From: Bugula neritina
Taxonomy: Eukaryota; Animalia; Bryozoa
Direction: 5' to 3'
Assembly (NCBI GenBank): GCA_964035545.1
Contig: OZ037767.1
Coordinates: 12,819,801-12,883,800, forward strand
Length of the DNA stretch: 64,000 bases
Below are positions 58,582 to 64,000 of the stretch, piece after piece; the stretch's first letter is position 1, and the number at the start of each line of letters is the position of its first letter. The position numbers were made by a program, and so were the translations under genes. A model generated the notes under the pieces. The model was not told where the DNA came from. It saw only the letters and a list, made by a program, of their open reading frames with translations, and ran no database searches.

Positions 58582-61500
58582 GTAGTGTGTTCAGATTGTT
58601 AATGATACATATATATTTTATTTAAAAAATCTTACACGACTATATAGTTTCGTGCAGTAAACTGCACTCCTCAGGTGTTAGACTAAAAATAAATAAAATC
58701 TATGAAGCATACCGATTATTCAAATTTTTACATAAAGAAAATTATCATGCTAAACACAACGTAAAACGAAATGCAAACATAGTAGTGGATTTGGTGTTAT
58801 CTATTAATTAATTAAATTGCTCTTTTTCTAAAGGATTAAACTATAAAAGCTAGATGTTTGATGGAAAGGCTAATTTATAATAGGTAGTACTATGGTTGAG
58901 AGTTGTTAGTATTGTTATGTGATGTTGCCCAGGTAGTGTTTACGCGCATGTCTGCATGTGGATAGAATTTCATTTCTGTTATTAAGGGAAGATTTGCTGG
59001 GCTGGTATATTATGAAATATTTTTCCCATAGGCAGAGGTTGCATCTTTTAGTGACTTTGTTGTATGAGTTGGTCTTTTTCATAATTTTCCATGTTATGTC
59101 AAAATGGGTGTTCTTGTCTTTTAGTTTCCAGATATATTTGCTCAATTCAGTATGGTTCTTTTTTGTTTTGTTGTTAAAAGTTGATTTGTGGTTATAAAAT
59201 CTGGTTTTGAATTCTGTTTCTGATGTTCCCACGTAAGTCTGGGGTTGGCTGCCATCTTTGGTTGTAACTGTAGCTTGGTATATGATGCACTTTGTGAGGC
59301 ATTTTCCATCTAGTGGGCACACTGTGCTGTTTCTGCAGTTACATTCTCGAGGAGGTTGGTTTGCTGGGTTGAGTAATCTTTTATTGTGGCTGTTGATTAT
59401 GTTGTTTAAATTTCTGCAGCAGCTGTAACTGAGTTTTATGTTGTTTTTGTTGAAAATTTTGTAGAGTTTGTGGTTTTTGGGTATTTCTTCCTCCAGAATT
59501 TTAAAAAATTGTTTTCCCAGGTTGCTTGATACACTTTTGGAGAATGGGGGGTTATACCATGTGATGTTTCGTCGTCTTTCCCTTTTTGGTCTGCTAGTGG
59601 TGTGTGTTGGCTGGAATGTTAGGTTATGTGTGTATCCACTTTTACTTAGAGCTTCTTGGTGTATTTTTGTTGTTTGACTGAAGACTTCTTCGTTAGATGA
59701 GAGATTGGAGAGCCTGTTGTTTATGGCTTGTGGGATGTTTCTTGTGATATGGGGTGGATGGTTGGATTTGGAGTTTACATATAGGATTTCGCTGTTAGGT
59801 TTTACATGGGGTTTGTGTGTTCTTTTGCTAATGTCAAAATTTATATCTAGATAGTTGACGACTTTTTTGTTTACTTCAATGGTGATATTTAGATTATGTT
59901 TTTGGAAAATTTTGCAGATTGATTTTTTAATTCTATCTATATTTTTTGCAGTGTCGTTGATTACTCCTAGGCCGTAAATAAATAAAATATATATGTATCA
60001 TTAACAATCTGAACACACTACATTATATTAGCTCTGTCACCCGTGATATCGAGCACTTTACTTTGCTGGAACTCCAACTAGATTGACAATCAGCATACAT
60101 TATTATTGCTCCTAGAACACAGCTCTGTGAATAGTTGAGCACTTTGAATTATTCAGCAAACATGGAACCCATCAGATTTGACTATTCCACCAAATGCATT
60201 CCGATACCATCTAACAAAGACTATATCGTAAAGCTCATAGAAAAAACCGAACAACTCCTAAAAAGAATGAGATGGAAAGCCTTCTTTTACCTAAATCCAA
60301 AGGCTAATTCAAACCAACAGGACAACTATGGATTCAACACCACAAAAGCACCTCCTACCATCAAAGAGCTTGCCAGGTTCGAAATAAAAATTAGATCCAT
60401 GATTAAAAACATCAAATTTAGAAGAGTACACTGCCAATTCCAGAAAACAATAAAACAAGACCTAGCCCAAAAAATTGGCACCAATAGTTTTATTATACCT
60501 GCTGACAAAACAAATAATTTTTACAATATGGAAATTACCAACTACAGAGAACTATTGCACAACAACATCACTAAGGATTACAAAAAAATTGATCAAAACA
60601 CGCCCCAAGAAATAAACCTAGAAGCTAAACATATTGCCAAATCTCTACAAATCGAAGACAGAATCACGACCACCAACACAACTGAGGCATACATAACACT
60701 AAAGGACCACAAGCCTAATTTTATGAATAACCCTAAGTGCAGACTAATAAACCCAAGCAAAACTGAAATAGGCATCATCAGCAAAAGAATACTAGACAGA
60801 ATAAATAAGGCCATAACTCCAAAACTAGCTTTGAATATTTGGACAAATACTTCCGAGGTAATTAAATGGTTCACAAACTTAGATAACAACAAATGCTTAT
60901 CTTTTATTGTATTTGACATTGTCGACTTTTATCCATCAATAACTAATAATTTACTCCACACTGCAATTGATTTCGCAGCAGAGCATACTACCATAACAGA
61001 CACAGACCGCACCGTGATTTTCCATGCCAGAAAAATGTTGTTATACCATTCCGGCCAACCCTGGAGTAAAAAATGTAGCTCATTATTTGACATTACAATG
61101 GGCAGCTATGACGGTGCAGAATGTTGCACTCTGGTCGGCATATTCTTACTATATAAAATCAACCAAAAGTTTGGAAATACCTTCGGTCTATACCGTGATG
61201 ACGGCCTAGGAGTAATCAACGACACTGCAAAAAATATAGATAGAATTAAAAAATCAATCTGCAAAATTTTCCAAAAACATAATCTAAATATCACCATTGA
61301 AGTAAACAAAAAAGTCGTCAACTATCTAGATATAAATTTTGACATTAGCAAAAGAACACACAAACCCCATGTAAAACCTAACAGCGAAATCCTATATGTA
61401 AACTCCAAATCCAACCATCCACCCCATATCACAAGAAACATCCCACAAGCCATAAACAACAGGCTCTCCAATCTCTCATCTAACGAAGAAGTCTTCAGTC

Positions 61501-62671
61501 AAACAACAAAAATACACCAAGAAGCTCTAAGTAAAAGTGGATACACACATAACCTAACATTCCAGCCAACACACACCACTAGCAGACCAAAAAGGGAAAG
61601 ACGACGAAACATCACATGGTATAACCCCCCATTCTCCAAAAGTGTATCAAGCAACCTGGGAAAACAATTTTTTAAAATTCTGGAGGAAGAAATACCCAAA
61701 AACCACAAACTCTACAAAATTTTCAACAAAAACAACATAAAACTCAGTTACAGCTGCTGCAGAAATTTAAACAACATAATCAACAGCCACAATAAAAGAT
61801 TACTCAACCCAGCAAACCAACCTCCTCGAGAATGTAACTGCAGAAACAGCACAGTGTGCCCACTAGATGGAAAATGCCTCACAAAGTGCATCATATACCA
61901 AGCTACAGTTACAACCAAAGATGGCAGCCAACCCCAGACTTACGTGGGAACATCAGAAACAGAATTCAAAACCAGATTTTATAACCACAAATCAACTTTT
62001 AACAACAAAACAAAAAAGAACCATACTGAATTGAGCAAATATATCTGGAAACTAAAAGACAAGAACACCCATTTTGACATAACATGGAAAATTATGAAAA
62101 AGACCAACTCATACAACAAAGTCACTAAAAGATGCAACCTCTGCCTATGGGAAAAATATTTCATAATATACCAGCCCAGCAAATCTTCCCTTAATAACAG
62201 AAATGAAATTCTATCCACATGCAGACATGCGCGTAAACACTACCTGGGCAACATCACATAACAATACTAACAACTCTCAACCATAGTACTACCTATTATA
62301 AATTAGCCTTTCCATCAAACATCTAGCTTTTATAGTTTAATCCTTTAGAAAAAGAGCAATTTAATTAATTAATAGATAACACCAAATCCACTACTATGTT
62401 TGCATTTCGTTTTACGTTGTGTTTAGCATGATAATTTTCTTTATGTAAAAATTTGAATAATCGGTATGCTTCATAGATTTTATTTATTTTTAGTCTAACA
62501 CCTGAGGAGTGCAGTTTACTGCACGAAACTATATAGTCGTGTAAGATTTTTTAAATAAAACATATATGTATCATTAACAATCTGAACACACTACATTATA
62601 TTAGCTCTGTCACCCGTGATATCGAGCACTTTACTTTGCTGGAACTCCAACTAGATTGACAATCAGCATAC

Positions 62672-62766
<95 letters not shown>

Positions 62767-64000
62767 TAGAGATAGTTTATTGAACAAAATAGAAAAAGTC
62801 CTTGGCCAGCTTTAAAAAACTTTCTCCATTAAGGGTTCTCATAGGAATAGCGACTATTAACACACGTGAGTGTTTTTACTGGAAACATATTTAATCACTA
62901 TTAAACGTGATACTAAGATTGGCATTTTTACTATGAGTAGGCTGGCTTATTAATGTCCAATAACGTATGAAAAGCTTTAGTAGTTAAATTCTACTTGACA
63001 CAGTGTACAATGTAGTAGAAGAAAACCTCTACGAAAATAAGTATATCCTGAACGCAATTACATTCATGCAAATATTTAAGCAGCAAATGTAGGAAAGTAA
63101 AATAAAACAAATACATGTATGTGAATTCAAAACTATTAGATAACTTAGAAGTATATTGCAATCTGAAGGCATGTACTTGTGAGCTGATGTTCAGAAAGAG
63201 AGAACAAGAGAAAATATCAACAGAGTCATGCCATCAAAATTGTTACACCAATTAAAACCTTACACTTTTTATCCTCATTATCCATATGCAAGGAAGAACG
63301 CACGTGTTCTAAAAACAAAAACCGTTTAGAAAAAGTGAAGAATGTTTTAATTGGTTAGTTAGAAAACAGTGAAAAAGCAAGAAGCTATCAACATGTATGG
63401 GTATGGCTACAGAAATCTGAACTGTTTAGCAAACCGCTACCCCACACATAGAAGGCCAAAGCTAACTTGCCTACAGACGTGGAGCCACTTCCTGGATGAT
63501 ACAATGGTTAAGAAATGATGCAGCATACTGAAGCTACAATTTAGGCACTGAGGCTAAGCTATCACAACATCTAAATAGTAAGCTGATGCAAATATAGACA
63601 AAAAACACACATTATTTACTGAAGGCTGTACAACTATACTGTTAAATATGAATATTGTATCAAAAAGTATGGCTATTAACAGTTTTAATGCCCATCAAAT
63701 TGTTATATCATATGGTTGCAAAATCAAAAACTATTATATTGCCATTTACAGTATAGTGGCCAGCTGAGCTGTAGTTACCATAAGAATATTCTGTCAGAAG
63801 TCGAGAAAGAGCAACTGTACCCTAAGCTTACCCTCAGCTAAAAGTCTAGCCGTCTTTGGGGTAGAGCCACTAGGCATGGTTATCTTATACTTCCCTTCGT
63901 GCTCTGGCAACACCCGGCGACTCTTTGGAACCGGCACTTCCTCTTTCTGTACGACCTTTGACCGAGGGGGCGCGACTCTTCGTTGATGTGAGACTGCAGA
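56416..64000 (-). CDS. C19orf47: C19orf47 homologue, 3' exons (5' end outside the window)
   Basis: Exons >64000-63832 (KSRRVLPEHEGKYKITMPSGSTPKTARLL, compare human RRRVTAEMEGKYVINMPKGTTPRTRKIL as recalled), 58449-58193, ~58071-57885, ~57644-57475 and ~56595-56416. Repeated VFNRLG/VFSRLG motifs and YIGVLK. Confidence 0.8.
58634..58678 (-). ncRNA. Hammerhead ribozyme of the inverted PLE copy
   Basis: Exact reverse complement of 62498-62542. Confidence 0.9.
60162..62261 (+). CDS. PLE polyprotein: reverse transcriptase and C-terminal GIY-YIG endonuclease (699 aa from the ATG)
   Basis: Motifs PADKTNN, FDIVDFYPSI, ITMGSYDGAE, LYRDDGL and YLDINF; Cys linker CNCRNSTVCPLDGKC; GIY-YIG-like IIYQA..TYVGTSE..FKTRFYNH; CNLCLWEK..LNNRNE. 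The frame is uninterrupted. Confidence 0.95.
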   Translation: MEPIRFDYSTKCIPIPSNKDYIVKLIEKTEQLLKRMRWKAFFYLNPKANSNQQDNYGFNTTKAPPTIKELARFEIKIRSMIKNIKFRRVHCQFQKTIKQDLAQKIGTNSFIIPADKTNNFYNMEITNYRELLHNNITKDYKKIDQNTPQEINLEAKHIAKSLQIEDRITTTNTTEAYITLKDHKPNFMNNPKCRLINPSKTEIGIISKRILDRINKAITPKLALNIWTNTSEVIKWFTNLDNNKCLSFIVFDIVDFYPSITNNLLHTAIDFAAEHTTITDTDRTVIFHARKMLLYHSGQPWSKKCSSLFDITMGSYDGAECCTLVGIFLLYKINQKFGNTFGLYRDDGLGVINDTAKNIDRIKKSICKIFQKHNLNITIEVNKKVVNYLDINFDISKRTHKPHVKPNSEILYVNSKSNHPPHITRNIPQAINNRLSNLSSNEEVFSQTTKIHQEALSKSGYTHNLTFQPTHTTSRPKRERRRNITWYNPPFSKSVSSNLGKQFFKILEEEIPKNHKLYKIFNKNNIKLSYSCCRNLNNIINSHNKRLLNPANQPPRECNCRNSTVCPLDGKCLTKCIIYQATVTTKDGSQPQTYVGTSETEFKTRFYNHKSTFNNKTKKNHTELSKYIWKLKDKNTHFDITWKIMKKTNSYNKVTKRCNLCLWEKYFIIYQPSKSSLNNRNEILSTCRHARKHYLGNIT
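62498..62542 (+). ncRNA. Minimal type I hammerhead ribozyme of the PLE
   Basis: Stem I ACAC/GUGU, core CUGAGGA, stem II GUGCAG-UUUA-CUGCAC, GAA, palindromic stem III ACUAUAUAGU, GUC triplet (cut after 62538). Confidence 0.92.

Larger units (their letters stand above)
58575..62676 (+). mobile_element. Penelope-like retroelement (likely Naiad-type): full-length copy 59979-62676 with pseudo-LTRs, preceded by an inverted 5'-truncated copy 58575-59975; inserted in (TA)n
   Basis: pLTR direct repeat 59979-60103 / 62552-62676. 58575-59975 is the reverse complement of about 61201-62601. (TA)n lies on both sides. Confidence 0.95.

Noticed and set aside
60162-62261. Possible selenoprotein recoding, as reported for some Naiad PLEs
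   Set aside because: The ORF has no in-frame TGA and I saw no convincing SECIS.

Overview
AT-rich, intron-rich animal DNA, probably from an invertebrate; the taxon cannot be determined from sequence alone. From left to right it holds: (i) a cluster of MIG-17/ADAMTS-like M12B zinc metalloprotease genes without TSP repeats, made up of the 5' end of a minus-strand paralogue (349-2737) and two complete plus-strand genes (5599-10965, 11689-23827); (ii) a convergent, protease-less transmembrane mucin gene (signal peptide, 2 PLAC-like modules, PTS mucin, [SEA-EGF-EGF]x2, TM; 27204-43247, minus) with an intact, very young Ty3/Gypsy LTR retrotransposon (27981-35332) inserted in a coding exon; (iii) an IRF2BP-family gene (44901-52980, minus); and (iv) the 3' part of a C19orf47 homologue whose intron carries an intact Penelope-like element (PLE) with an inverted partial copy. 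The most notable signal is an RNA-level system shared by three otherwise dissimilar hammerhead-ribozyme (HHR) elements: the autonomous PLE, a 272-nt retrozyme-like repeat and a palindromic mini-element. Downstream of the HHR each carries GCUC-[variable stem]-UY-GAGCACU hairpins, two in the PLE and the 272-nt repeat and one visible in the mini-element. All five insertion 3' ends that can be compared with uninterrupted element sequence stop in a (TA)n tract 2-4 nt upstream of such a hairpin, which suggests a structured reverse-transcription initiation signal. All exon coordinates were read by eye from GT/AG sites and reading phase.
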